A stretch of DNA of 64,000 bases from Lama glama (lineage: Eukaryota), in assembly GCA_028534125.1 (NCBI GenBank), contig CM052816.1, positions 45,510,001 through 45,574,000 of the forward strand, given 5' to 3'. The position numbers and the translations under genes were made by a program. Numbering within the stretch: the stretch's first letter is position 1; the number at the start of each line of letters is the position of its first letter. Of this stretch, positions 1-12,480 are shown piece by piece. The notes beneath the pieces are model-generated. The model was not told where the DNA came from and did not search any database. It saw nothing but the letters and a program-made list of their open reading frames with translations.

Positions 1-871
1 TTTTCTTAGTGTAAAAACGCACTGAGAAAAAAATGCAGCCTGATTTTACTTGCTGTAGACTGAAATTCACAAAATGGTGATGTCTTCCATGACTTCACCC
101 ATGAAATCAATATAAATCAGCTCCTAAAAGTGATCTCTGATGAAGTTTAAAAATGGGTAGAAAACCAAAGAATTTGACAGAGATAGTGAAGCTGAAAAAT
201 TAACTGCAACAAGAAGATAACGTTTATTTTGAAACGTATATTCACACTCTGCCTTTGAATAAAATCAGACAGGCAGCCACCTCCTTCTACCCAGGAGGAA
301 ATAGGAAGAAACACAGCCATATATTCTGCATTTTGCTTCTACAGGAGGGGAGAGTTGACAGTAGCAGGCAAGCTGCTATCAGGAACTGTTTCAAGAAAGC
401 ACGATGAGGAGTCCAGATACTACCTGAACCTGCAGTCCAGTAAAATATTTATTTCAAAGGTGATTGTTCATTAGCACGGAAATATTCACTGACTTCTAAT
501 CACAAAGGAAATTAGGCATTGCATAAATTAGAAATAAATTCATCAAATCATTTGAAATATAAGCATTTCAATAAAGTTAAGCAGAAGTTCGCCTATGTTT
601 TTAATTGCCTCACTCCTAACCGTACAGTTTTGCCATACACAAGTGAGATTCAAGACTGCCCAATGGTACTCAAAATATATTTTAACAATAAACATATAAA
701 TACGTGGAAAGTCTTCTATAAATACACATAAAGGTGTACATATGTGCATACACATGCACACATCCCAAACCAAGAAAAATCACGTATGGGAATGTACACT
801 GACAACGTCGTGCTCAAGCACTCTCATGCAGAAACTGGTGGTAAATTTACGAATAAGGTTGTTGAGCCTAC

Positions 872-1020
872 CTTCAAAGTCAGTATACCTTGGATCAAAT
901 TCAATGATTCCCTCTGCATTATCACTTTTCATTATTACAATTCGGACAATGGAGATGTCTCCTATTTCGGGAGGTTGATCTACCTGAAGTCCATTTTCCT
1001 GGATGGTAAAATCATACCCT
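872..1020 (-). CDS. ADGRV1: ADGRV1 exon (~65), 149 nt, GYDFTIQENGLQVDQPPEIG...DPRYTDFE
   Basis: GCAAG|A (AAG acceptor), AAG|GTAGGC, phase 2-1. Confidence 0.94.
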
Positions 1021-3143
1021 CTTGCAAAGTCATAAAGAATAAAATAAAAAATAAAATAAATTGAGTACATAATTGCTTGGCATGAATCAGAGAAGGGTCC
1101 TATTAGTTCTTATGATTTAGTTCTATTAGGCTTCTTAATCCTTTTCAAGATCCCAATACTAAAAATTTTTTTTCCTGAAATGATGTTTGAAATAGGTTTC
1201 TGGGCTGCTCCCAATTATCACTGCCTTCATAAAACCAAAATTAATATAGAGTTATGGAGCGCAGGCAATGTGAAGATAATAAAACTATTGGGAAACTGGG
1301 AAAAAGTCGTAAAATGAACTCTGAACACATCCTACAGTAACGGTCAAGGAAGGGGCTACACAGTGAACTGCAGTGCACCCAGGGATGGAAACCAGCCGGG
1401 CGGGAGACTGCCAGTGCTAGGTTGAGAGGGTTACTTAATTTTTTATTTTTTTATTTTTTATGGAAGAGAAAGTTACTTTAAAGATACCATGAGCGCGAAG
1501 TCACTACAGAAATTTCAAACAAAACCGTCAAGATTCAAGAAAATATTTCAGTTTCTGTGGACAATTAAATCAATGCCTCTATTCTTTAAATACAGATGGT
1601 AGTTTACTCATCTAGCAATATATTTCTGCTAAGAAAGACTTTTTAAGGTTGATATTCTTTCCATCAAAGAGAAGTTTGACTTCCAGGGTTTATACTGCTG
1701 TAATCTCTCAGGCTAAAAAAATGGCACTGAACCATTTTAGCCCTTCCTTCAATTCCCAAATTCTATTTACCTAGTATTTTTACCCTACATAGTTTCAACA
1801 GGTTGAAAGCTGGTTAATGAGATTATATAGAAGGCAAAATTAGAAAACTGAGGATTAAAATATTAAATGATAAGAGGAACTGTTATCAGTAGCCTGAGAT
1901 GGACGTAGTTTAGCTGCTTACTACAACTTAATACCAAAGCAGTATATTGTCTAGCAACTAGGCAAAATGGGTTTATAGCACTTTCCTTTTCAGATCAAAG
2001 GAAGCCTAGAAATTTATCTGGAAGAAAAACTTGTTTCCTCAGAATTAAGCTTAAGTAGGAATTGCTTTTTCAAAAAGGCAGCAGAAAGGACAAACGCTTC
2101 AAGCCCTACTTAGTTAAGAACACAGACAGAATCTCACACAAGATGAGCTACTTTTACCAAACTTCACTCACTGGATTAAAATAGCTGGTGACCAGCTCAA
2201 ATTTTAATATATTTAATATAAATACAAACTCATACCCATCATCAGACACAGAATTTATGTCTGGGAAACTTAGGATTTGAAATGTTTGTGAGCCCACAAT
2301 ATTTTCCCCTGGGGAATGATATATAGTCAGCCTAAGTCACTCTGTGAAACATTTTAGTTAAAAAAAAAAAAAAGCTTTTAAAGCATGGCATTAACAGAAC
2401 AAATGCAAAAACATTTTCATTTCATGCACAAGAAAACTTCCTTTAGGACATAAACAAATGCAAACATCATTCCAGTCGAAGGTTTGGCGTAGGCCTAGGT
2501 GCAGGTGCTCCTTGGGCCACTCAAACAGAGGGTAGTTCGTCGGGTGACCTGCGTTTCTCACCCTTGTTAACCGAGTCGCTCCCACTAAATCAGAGAATGA
2601 GGTGGCCTCGATATGGTTAATTCTTGATCTTCATCAAAACCATGGTGCATTAACTACTTGACTCTAACTTTTCCCCTGCCTTATAATCTGCATCTTCCTC
2701 ATTCACTCACAAGGAAGACAATACAGCCTTCAGAGAAACCAGGGAAAGAAGTCTCTCACTCCAGCCCATTCACAGATGTGGAAAGAGAGATGGGAGAACG
2801 GAAATCTGCCACGCCAGCTGACCTTTGACCTACAGAGCAGTTATTCTCTTTCCTCACCAAATCACTACAAGCCCATACCATGTTCAATTCTCCTGCTGCC
2901 CAGAGTGACTGCACAGAATAGAAACAAAGACTTCAACTTTCAGGGAAAAAATGTAATTTAGAACATTGTGCATTAAGTTAGTCTTTGCCACCATGTCCTG
3001 TTCTAGTGTCCTATAAATGTGAGAAAAAGCATAAAAAAGGAGGGTCTTACATTCCGTAGTAATCCCTGCACACCCTAGCTTTGACTCATCCTTTCTCTCT
3101 TTCTGTTTTCTTTCCTTTTTCCTAATCTTCTTTTCCACTTTAC

Positions 3144-3376
3144 CTTCCCAGGAGTTCCACCTTTGTAATCACCAGAGAAAATTCCTCAGGGCCCTCAGGA
3201 AGGCTGTCATCAAGGATTTCAGTATGCAGGCTTTTCACCACCTCCCCTGCTTCAAAGAGGAGCTGCCCGGGGGCAGGGATGAAGTCCAAGCCGGCCTCTG
3301 CGGTCCCGCTCACGGTCTCACACCAGAGCCTCACGGGCCCGAAAGAGCCACCCGAACGGATGACTGTGAGGTTAAC
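3144..3376 (-). CDS. ADGRV1: ADGRV1 exon (~64), 233 nt, VNLTVIRSGGSFGPVRLW...ITKVELLG(R)
   Basis: CACAG|GTT, AAG|GTAAAG, phase 0-2. Confidence 0.95.
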
Positions 3377-3645
3377 CTGTGCAAGAAGCAGTTTTTTATT
3401 TGGTTTGGATGAGTCACCTACCAGACAAGACTTAATTTTGAATGTCCCTAATTCTATTCACTAGGATTACACTGAAATTATATAAAAGTTTTTAAAGTAT
3501 ATAAATTCTATGTACAAATGATATTAGGAACAAATCAACCAGCCTGTGAAACCTTTGGAATATGAACAAAGAAACACATTTTAAAGATCACTCACGATAC
3601 AAAAATGAAATTGGTATTTAAGATTTTAAGCATTTCACTCTCTAC

Positions 3646-3831
3646 CTTTTGGACTTCTTCTGACACTCGAAGCTGCCCTTGTGAAAAGGCGAATCGGCCG
3701 TAGGGGAAGTCACTGGCCACCACCGTGATGTTGGCAGTGCTGCTGGATTCACTCAGCACTCCCCCCTCACTGACTCCAGTGAGCTGAAACTCACAGGAAC
3801 GCTTCTCCTCAGGAATGTCATCGTTCAAAGC
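3646..3831 (-). CDS. ADGRV1: ADGRV1 exon (~63), 186 nt, ALNDDIPEEKRSCEF...RVSEEVQK
   Basis: TCTAG|GCT, AAG|GTAGAG, phase 0-0. Confidence 0.95.
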
Positions 3832-4002
3832 CTAGAGAAGGACAAAAAGGGCCATGAGCAGCAGAATCTGAACATTTAAAGGAAAGTATCACATAAGCAA
3901 CCACAACAATCTCTGTGATATTAACCACCTCCCACCACCCCACCCCAGCCACACACACACACACAGAGCAAAGGGCATGACAGTCATCAGGAACACTGGT
4001 AC

Positions 4003-4141
4003 CTGTATCACTACAATTGCCGCAGACTGTCCATCTCGCATCGTCAGTTTTCCTGATGTTTCAGCAAATTCCCCCACGGAAGGAGGGAGTATCCTCCAGT
4101 CCACTGTGACCTCCCCCGAAATCGCTGGGCCACGAACAAGG
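4003..4141 (-). CDS. ADGRV1: ADGRV1 exon (~62), 139 nt, LVRGPAISGEVTVDW...AAIVVIQ
   Basis: TGTAG|C, CAG|GTACCA, phase 2-0. Confidence 0.95.
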
Positions 4142-5039
4142 CTACAGTAATACACAAGTGTATATTTCAACACATTTTTACTGAAGGAACTTTTCCTAAA
4201 TGTTTGCTGTAACCTTCAACAATAAACAATTTTCATTTACTTCAAGATTTAAATAGCCTCATCTATCAACAATAAAGCAAAAGAAAGTCTTACAATTCCA
4301 AGAGTAACACCCAAAGAACTGCACTTGTGCAATCTGCTCGACCAGAACACTGGCAAAAGCTGAACATCACAAGGAGAAGGCTTAAAGGATTTTTTAAGTT
4401 TGTAGAGACTTTTCACTTAATACACAAGGTATGAAATATGAATACTCTAGAGAACAGTTATACTTCGTACATGCAACACTAATGGAAAAGCTACTAAAAA
4501 GATAATGTCTCAACACAAATTCAGCTACTGCATTGATAACTGCTTTCTCACTCCCCATGAGAAAACCTGTGACAATCAAAACTGCCTACACTCATACTAC
4601 TTTAGATATATAATGGGCCCTAATTTTCGAACACTTAAAGACTCATAAAATCTTTGATCCAGATGATTTTTTTTAAAGAGTGATTCTGCAGCTAAGACAC
4701 ACAAGCTTACAGAGACGAAATAACTGTCACTTTACATGGTTAGTGACAGAACAGGGCTGGAGCACAGATCTTCTGATGTCACTCAATATGCTTTCCTTGG
4801 CATGGGTTGTGCAAATCACCTAAGAAACAGTCAGAAACTTCTTCATGACCTAACTAAGAGACAGGTCAGAGTACATCTTCAGTTTTTACCAGAAATGTGT
4901 TCTATTCTCCACAGGATATTACCAATACATAAAATGGCAATGCCTGAAGAATGTGTCTGTGTTGAGAACAAAGTATTTAGGGCATAAAAATAAACATCAA
5001 GACCCTCACCTAGGCAAACAAAAACTAGGAAGCCCTTAC

Positions 5040-5163
5040 CTGATGAGAGCAGTACCATTGTATTTTGCTGAGGGTTCACCAATGAGGACGTGCCGAGATG
5101 ATGGAGCTATCCCAACTGCTCCTGACCCTCCCTTATCTCCCCGAATGACGATTGATGCGCTAC
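5040..5163 (-). CDS. ADGRV1: ADGRV1 exon (~61), 124 nt, GSASIVIRGDKGGSG...YNGTALI(S)
   Basis: TTTAG|GT, CAG|GTAAGG, phase 1-2. Confidence 0.95.
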
Positions 5164-5204
5164 CTAAATGGAAGACGATATATGTATACCACTTATGCAG
5201 AAAA

Positions 5205-5390
5205 TACATGTGTTCACTTGGTATGTGCCTAGCAATGTGCTAAGGGCTTTACACATACTAATCTTTTGAATTAATCCTCATGACAATCATATAAATTAAG
5301 TACCAATAGTATTCTTACCTTACTGAAGAAGACATTGAAGAACATTGAGGACTGAAGACACAAGGCAAATTACTTGCCCAAGATCACACA
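5205..5390 (-). mobile_element. MIR SINE just upstream (in transcript sense) of exon ~61
   Basis: TATGTGCC..TGTGCTAAG..TTTACA..TAATCCTCA..ACTTGCCCAAGATCACACA. Confidence 0.6.
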
Positions 5391-7029
5391 TTTTCATGAA
5401 AAGGGTAGGATAAAGTGGACAGTAATTCCACTATCATTCCCATGATAAGCAAGTACTCTTCTACCATTTGCATTCATTCAGTAACCATTTGGTGGCTCGT
5501 TGCAACTGGCTGCACGGCTGTAACTATTAGCTATGTGGCAAAAGCAAGAATTCGTGGGGGCCCTTTTATATTTTTAATTTTCTGACTCTACTGTTTGCTT
5601 TTAAGCATTTATAAAAATGCATCAAATATTCCTGCTAAAATGTAAATAAAAGCCGTATCAAGTAACTCAAGGACTCATAGTATAATTTAGCAGTAACTTG
5701 AAAAAACATTGCTTCCAGAAGTACACATGAGGGTTTCATGAAACAAAGGACTGGATTACTACACTATCTATCACTTTTTGGCAATGGATTAATGGGACCA
5801 AGAGTGGTTTGTCATGTGTAAGGACATCCCAGTTAGAAATATATTATGAATTTTTTCTGTTAATGAACAATTTTCCTTGATCCACTGGTATCTTCTTGTT
5901 CTTGTGTTTAGTTAGTCTACATAACATCAACCCTGACACTTAATACAATGTAGACAACTGAGCTGACTTAAGACTTATGGAAGGATATGGTTCAAAGATA
6001 TGATTCTCTCACAGGCTTGCTGGAAAGCACTCTAGATAAAAATACGAAAAGAATAACTACCCTAGGTAATTGTAAAGAGGACTGTGCTACTCTTTACAAT
6101 TTTGACAATTTCCTTGGCTACAGAATTCTGCTCCTTTGGCCAGAGACCCTTGCATAGGATGAAGTTCTTCATGGCAAAAAAGTTACTGTTATCTGTATGT
6201 CAACAGTAACTAACTTTTCATATCAAAGTTGCTGGGCCATTTTTTATGGTTATTACTCTTCATACCATAATGAAACCACTTTAGCACCACTAATCCTTTC
6301 CAGATCTAAGAAACAAATTTTCACATGGACCATAGGCAAATGAGAATTCTGATGCCTGTTTCTGAAATGTCAAAATATCTAAGTAATTACTTTCTGATGA
6401 AAACAGGTATAGATAGGCTGAAAGGGACATATGCTAAGTTAAATAACATCTTATTACAAAAGTAATACAAGATCATCATAAATAGTGTAGAAATACAAGT
6501 AATCAAAAACCACCATCAACATTTCAAGTAAATAATTACAAACATATTTATGACATGCATATGACAAAAATGGAATTACGCTGAACATGCTGTTATGAAA
6601 TCTGCTTTATTAACATAATTATTCATGTCACCTAAGTATTCTTTATTTTTAATGTAGTAAGGCTTTTTCTGGCACATTATTTTGAATAGTTGCACAGTAT
6701 TTTGTTAAATTTAACAAGTCTCCTATTATTGCATGTTCAGGAAGTTTTCATTGTTTACTTTATAAACATTGCTAAAATAAACACCTTTATTTTTTACAAA
6801 GCACACAGTAAGTAGTAGAAATCTTTGGCATATGACCTTACCAACACTCGTAATTGTAATTTTAGTTTTTGAAAGTCTTCAACTGTAATATGAGTGGCAA
6901 ATATATGTTTTAGCAAACATTTTAGGAATTATAAAAACTAACACTACCTATCTTTGTAACTATTGATTATTTGGTTACCTGTCTCTGAAAATTTACTTTT
7001 TAATTTCAAAAAATGTCAATTTGTCTCAC

Positions 7030-7147
7030 CTTTTTTTGGAGATATTTCTACCTCATCAACTGGTAGCAGGTGAATGGTGAAATGCCTGTCCTCCTCCAGC
7101 ACGGTATCTTGAAGTGTGTGCAATTTAATGGTCTTCTGGGACTCGGT
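7030..7147 (-). CDS. ADGRV1: ADGRV1 exon (~60), 118 nt, TESQKTIKLHTLQDTVLEEDRHF...EISPKK
   Basis: TGTAG|ACC, AAG|GTGAGA, phase 0-1. Confidence 0.95.
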
Positions 7148-8657
7148 CTACATCAAATGAGAGGAGGAACATATTTTCCAGATGGGCCAAAGTTAAATTT
7201 TGAATGTTCTCATTAGCAGAATAGTATTTATACTTACAAGCATTTTTTAAAGTGTATCCTTTTTGTCCCCTAGAATTATGGGTTTCTTCTTGAGAGAACT
7301 ACTATATTAAAATTAGCTCTAAGCATAAATCCCATTTAAGTTCTTAATAGGAAAAAGGAGGGAAATTTTAACACAACTCTTAAATTTACTGAAAATTTTC
7401 AACCATTGAAAGTTCAATCACTTAAAGAGAGTTAAATGGTCACAGTATGATGTAAGCAGATCAAGGTCATAGGTTCAATACTTATAAAGGTTAGCTTTCT
7501 GCTACCCATTTTTACTTTGCCCTCTACCCATTCCTGCTTCCTTCCCTTTCCTTCCACCGGTGCTGGTCTCAAGAGTGCTGATTAGTATTCCTTCCCTCTC
7601 TTGTCTTACACTTAGCTCAGTTATTTCTTGGAACATGTGTTAAACTTTCAGTGTAGGCTGGAAGAGAAAGAATGAGGAAAAGCAAATACACAGAAGACAA
7701 CTAGGTTAATACTTTGAGATACAACCATGACAGAATAATTTTTCTCTTTACTTTTTCCTCTGTATGCTGATAACAAAACTCCAGTTTGCCCCATGCATCA
7801 CTGATTAACTTTCTATTGCTTGAATTCAGCGTTTTATTGCTTCTCATGTACATCTCAGTTCTGCAACTGCATCTTTTCTTTGAGAGTTTTAATATTAAAA
7901 AGCATTATTTTAATCTCTTTTCTCAAGCTGTTCTCTCTTCATAGCCCCTTATTTCTGTACTTCTTAAAAATTTTATACAAGACTGTATATTTCCTGCCTC
8001 AAGACCTTTTTAAATGTACTCATGGAAAATCTGTAATTCCTGGGATGCAGCGAATAACTCCCATCCCTTTTACTCTCCACACATTGTGAATCAGCAGCTC
8101 TGAATCGTGTATCTTAGCCACAAAACCGTTTGTTAGAATGGAGACACAGGTGTGTCAGAGCTGAGGATACAAGAACAATAAAGCTGTTATGCAGCTGTAC
8201 ATGCAATGCACCAGGCTGGTGAGCAATGAAGAGGGAGAAGGTCAAATCCAAGGGGATCCACAAACCTACCCCTCCTGATGCAGTTCTCTGACCAAGGATG
8301 GCCTTACTTCCTGGTGGAGTGGGGGGAAGATCAGACTGTTTGCCATTTTGGTATGGATGTCCTGCTGAACACGAGAAAATCTTTCTAATCATCTGGAAAC
8401 TAGATCTAGCAATTAGAATCTAGTAAATTATTGCTCATTATGACTACGGAAAATCTTTAAAGAAATTTCAAAGTAATTTCTAAACTCCTCTCATGACAAA
8501 TGAGAAGCTTATAGAGGGCTAGGGCATGCAACCTAGATGTTACTTGAGCCATCATGTATCAGAATCTAAGAAATGAGTGGATGAAATATCTGTAACATCT
8601 GGCTTAAGATCATTAGTTTCATTAGAGTAACCAATACCTTAAAAATGGTGGCAGAAT

Positions 8658-8973
8658 TTGCAGCAACATGGACGAACGTGGAGGGTATTATGCTAAGTAA
8701 GGTAAGTCAGACAGAGAAAGGCAAATACTGTGTGACATCACTTATATGTGGAATCTAAAAAATACAAAAAACTAGTGAATGAAACAAATAATGAAGCAGA
8801 CTCACAGATGCAAAGAACAAACTAGTGGTTACACTGGGGAGAGGGAAGGGAAGAGGAGGACCCAGGGGTAGGGGAGAAAAAAGGGGGTTATCATGGGATT
8901 ATATGAAATTACGCGTCTGAAACTTGAAAACTGTAAAGCACTGCAGAATTTAAAGAATCTTTCATTCAATTAA
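8658..8973 (+). mobile_element. L1 3' fragment with target-site duplication
   Basis: L1 ORF2-end/UTR sequence (GCAACATGGAC..GTCAGACAGAGAAAG) flanked by AAAAA(T/G)GGTGGCAGAAT at 8641-8657 and 8974-8990; TT/AAAA site. Confidence 0.9.
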
Positions 8974-11622
8974 AAAAAGGGTGGCAGAATGTCTAAGTGG
9001 CAAATGAATTGCCACAGGGCATCACTGATTAATTTCTTAATTACCTATGAGAAAACTGAAAGAAAAAATATATTTCTCCGTGTGTTTGGTGTTGAATGCT
9101 CAGATGATAGGTCAACAGACTCAAAAAAAAAAAATAGACAATGACCATGTTTCACTGGGATTATCTTCTCTTTAAATGTTTGGTCAAATTCCTTTGGAAA
9201 GCCACCTTAGGGACCTTCTACTCCTTTCCTTAATTTTTCTTATTCTATTTTGCTTACAGAAATTCATCTGCTTAGACTTTCTATTATCTACTATATTAGA
9301 GTCAATTACACATAGATGTTTACATTTATTTGTCTAGATTTGCAAAGGAGATTTGTCTAGATTTGCAAAGTAATGGTTCTTTCTTTCTGGTTAGTTCTTA
9401 TTTTGTCAAGTTATTTTTTGGGTTTTTTTAACTTATTCATAAGTTCTACTGTTTTTCTGGTTCTTAACTAATTTACTCTCACTTTCATCTTTTATTAATT
9501 TAGGAATGATTTATGCAAACATGAAAGCAAAAAGCATAAAAGACTGATAAATCTGGACTCCCATTTTCTTCTCTTTGGTCTGTCTATCCCAGAGCCCAAT
9601 ATCACACTGTCATATTTACCTTAGATACAGGTTATTTAATCTAATTATGGAAGACCACCCTCAATTCTTCTTTGTGAGTTTCTGACTATTCCTGGTCTTT
9701 TGCATTTCTATATGTATTTTAGAATCAGCTTGTCAATTCTCCTCCACCTCTCCATCCCTCCTTCCAGAAAAAAAGAACTGAGAATTTGACTGATAAACAC
9801 TACTGGACTCTGGTTGGACTCGATTCACAGTGAAACCTCACGCTTAGATTAACTGCACCATACGCTGCTTCCCCAGCTTCTTTTGGTTAGTAAAGCTGGC
9901 CAAGGAGAAGGAAGCTGTGTGGACACAGGAAACTAGCGAAGTCATATTCTCAGAAGAGTTTACTGATACTCCAGCTAATATTGATACTCCTGCTCTACAG
10001 GGCTTGGGAAGGAGAAGTCAGCCTCAGGAATCATAAAAACCAAGTGCTTGGGCAAAGGGAGCTTGGTCCTCCCTCAAAGTTGTCACCATGAGAGTTGCCA
10101 CTGGGACACATGTGGATGGACCCTAATACACCTTCCATTCTTCAATTATTTTCATTCAGTCTTCTGACTGACTGAAACACTACCTTAATCATTTTTTCAA
10201 AGTGTATGTAGTTGTCAAAAATTCGTACTCTTTGTAATTTCGAGATTGTCTTTCTGTTATTATGGTACATGATTGATATTTTGACTCAGTATGAAAGTTC
10301 TGAATCACACTTTTTTAACATCTTATTTTATTCACTGTAGAAGAGAAATATTTTATCATTTTGTCATCCTTTTTTTTTTCTTTATCCTTTTTTTCTGTCT
10401 TACTACTTGTGGCCTTTTCTCATTATCCTTGAAATTAATGTGTTTTTTCCCAAGATAAAATTAGTTGTGGGTCTTTTAAATTTATTTTAGCCTGGGATGG
10501 CTCAGTCATTCTGATCTAAAAATTAAATTGTTTTCATCAACTCAGGGGAATTTTTATCCTAATAAAGCAAAGATCAGCCTACTAGAGATAAATCTCTCAC
10601 TTTCAGTACTCTAGTAAGAGATATGCCGCTCCTTAAGAAAGTCTCCTTAATATCACCTATTCCCAGAAAAGCAAGTTAGAGTCTGTAGAATGGAATCAGA
10701 ATAACCCGTGTTGTGTGTAATACTCAAGAATCAACAGCTCCAAGGTGCCTATGGAGATTCAAATACGTAGGTTATTTGTAAACCTTAGCTAAAGGATACC
10801 TCATTCCTGTATGGGGAGAGACACACAATTACTATCAGTTTTAATCATGTGAAATTGCCATTTTGTACAACAAAACGGACAGTTCCAATTCCATATGATT
10901 TGACCTGATAACTCCTGTGATAAGTACACTTCTCAACATGTAAACAGATATAGCGATAATACACACAAGTGTGTTGAACGCTGCTTAACATCAGAAGAGA
11001 AGGCTATAGAGAAGAGGCAGTCAACAGAATGAGGAAACTCAGTAAGAGGAGCTATGAAACTACCCAGACTCTTCTGGGATGTTAAGGCAGAGATTGCTAC
11101 TACTAACACATGAAAGACAGAACTAAGCAATAAGAAAGACAAGGAGGAAGGTACACCAGGATTCCCTCTGAGAGGCTGTGTCTACCATGCTACTGAGTCT
11201 GAATTTCTGTGAGTAAGAGGAAGCCCCTGGATCATTTTAAGCATGGGGTAGCATAACAATATATTCCTTATGGAAAGACAACACTCATCAGTGGCACAGA
11301 TAACGGACAGAAAAGGGAAAAGATTTGGAATAGGAATGACAGTTAAAAGACTCCACCAAAAGAAAGATGAAGGCATGCACTGCCACAGCCATGACAGAGA
11401 AGGAGGAACAAAAAGGGTATTTAAAGGGGAAAAATGATCAAAGTCAGTTATCAAATACATGCAAGAGTTACAAAATGCGTGGAGATGGGGTGATACCAGG
11501 TATCCAGCTTGGTTGGCTGGTTTTGCCTTCAACCAGAAGAGGAAATGTTGAGAGAAGAGTAGTTTTAATGGTAGCATGAAGACAGCCTATGAACTAAATT
11601 TGATTTCAGATATTTAGGGGTA

Positions 11623-11652
11623 TGTGTGTTTGTGTGTGTGTGTGTGTTTGTG
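11623..11652. repeat. Imperfect (TG)n microsatellite
   Basis: TGTGTGTTTGTGTGTGTGTGTGTGTTTGTG. Confidence 0.85.
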
Positions 11653-11796
11653 ATTTTTTTTTCCCCCATGGTGCACATGATTTCAAAAAATTCCAGACAC
11701 AGTGAATATTATCATATGAATTCATAAGCAATACTATGGAGAAGAAAATCAAACAAAGACAAATTTAAACTACAGAAGTCCTGATGATGATTATAC

Positions 11797-11961
11797 CTCA
11801 TCAAAATGGAGTGTCCCATTCAAAGGACTGAGGTCATCTTTGGCCATCTCATCCACAGTCCACTGAAGTCGGACGGCTCCTTTTCCTCCTGGAGACCGGA
11901 CAACTGTTAATGTCACATATGAATCAGGGTCATCAGACAAAAGGGATTCATCAATCATTAC
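11797..11961 (-). CDS. ADGRV1: ADGRV1 exon (~59), 165 nt, VMIDESLLSDDPDS...NGTLHFDE
   Basis: TTCAG|GTA, GAG|GTATAA, phase 0-0. Confidence 0.95.
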
Positions 11962-12094
11962 CTGAAAAAAAAGAAAGCCCAGTAAGGTTAAAAGAAGAAA
12001 GAAAGGAAGAAAAAAAGAATCAGGAAAAACAAACAGAATCTTATTTCTATTCACAATCACTGCAATTTTTGAATTTAGAACTCTGTTACAAACA

Positions 12095-12480
12095 TGCCCC
12101 CCAAAATACATTTCACCAAATCCCATTTCCTTTTTGTCCTAGACACTCAGCTACTTGTCATTTCCTAAACTCTCCTGTGATCAGGTGGAGCTTGTAACTG
12201 AATTCTGGCCAGAGGAATACAGGCAGAAGTGACGTATGCTACCGTAGTCTGGCCATCAACTTCCCACACAATCTTCCACATTGCCTCTTTCTCCATCTGC
12301 TGGGTGACTAAGATGGAGAGAGTCTGGTGCCTGAGATGCCAGTTGGAGAAGTGTCCATAAAACCCCAATTAGGAACAATGATGCAGTCTTTCACATAAAA
12401 AAGAAATAAATTCTTATTATATTAAGGAACTGAGATGTGAGGGTTCTTTTTACAGCAGTCAGGCCCCTCACAGAATACAG
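12095..12480 (+). mobile_element. MaLR LTR (MLT1-like)
   Basis: TTCTGGCCAGAGGAATACAGGCAGAAGTGA and AGAAATAAA..CTGAGATGTGAGGGTT motifs. Confidence 0.55.

Noticed and set aside
5135..5143. RGD motif (IRGDK) as an integrin ligand
   Set aside because: It aligns with the structural xIxxND position at the end of a Calx-beta repeat; no evidence of an exposed loop
5972..6343. Plus-strand frame of ~124 codons with a single internal TAG
   Set aside because: No recognisable homology; such runs are expected by chance in 64 kb over six frames
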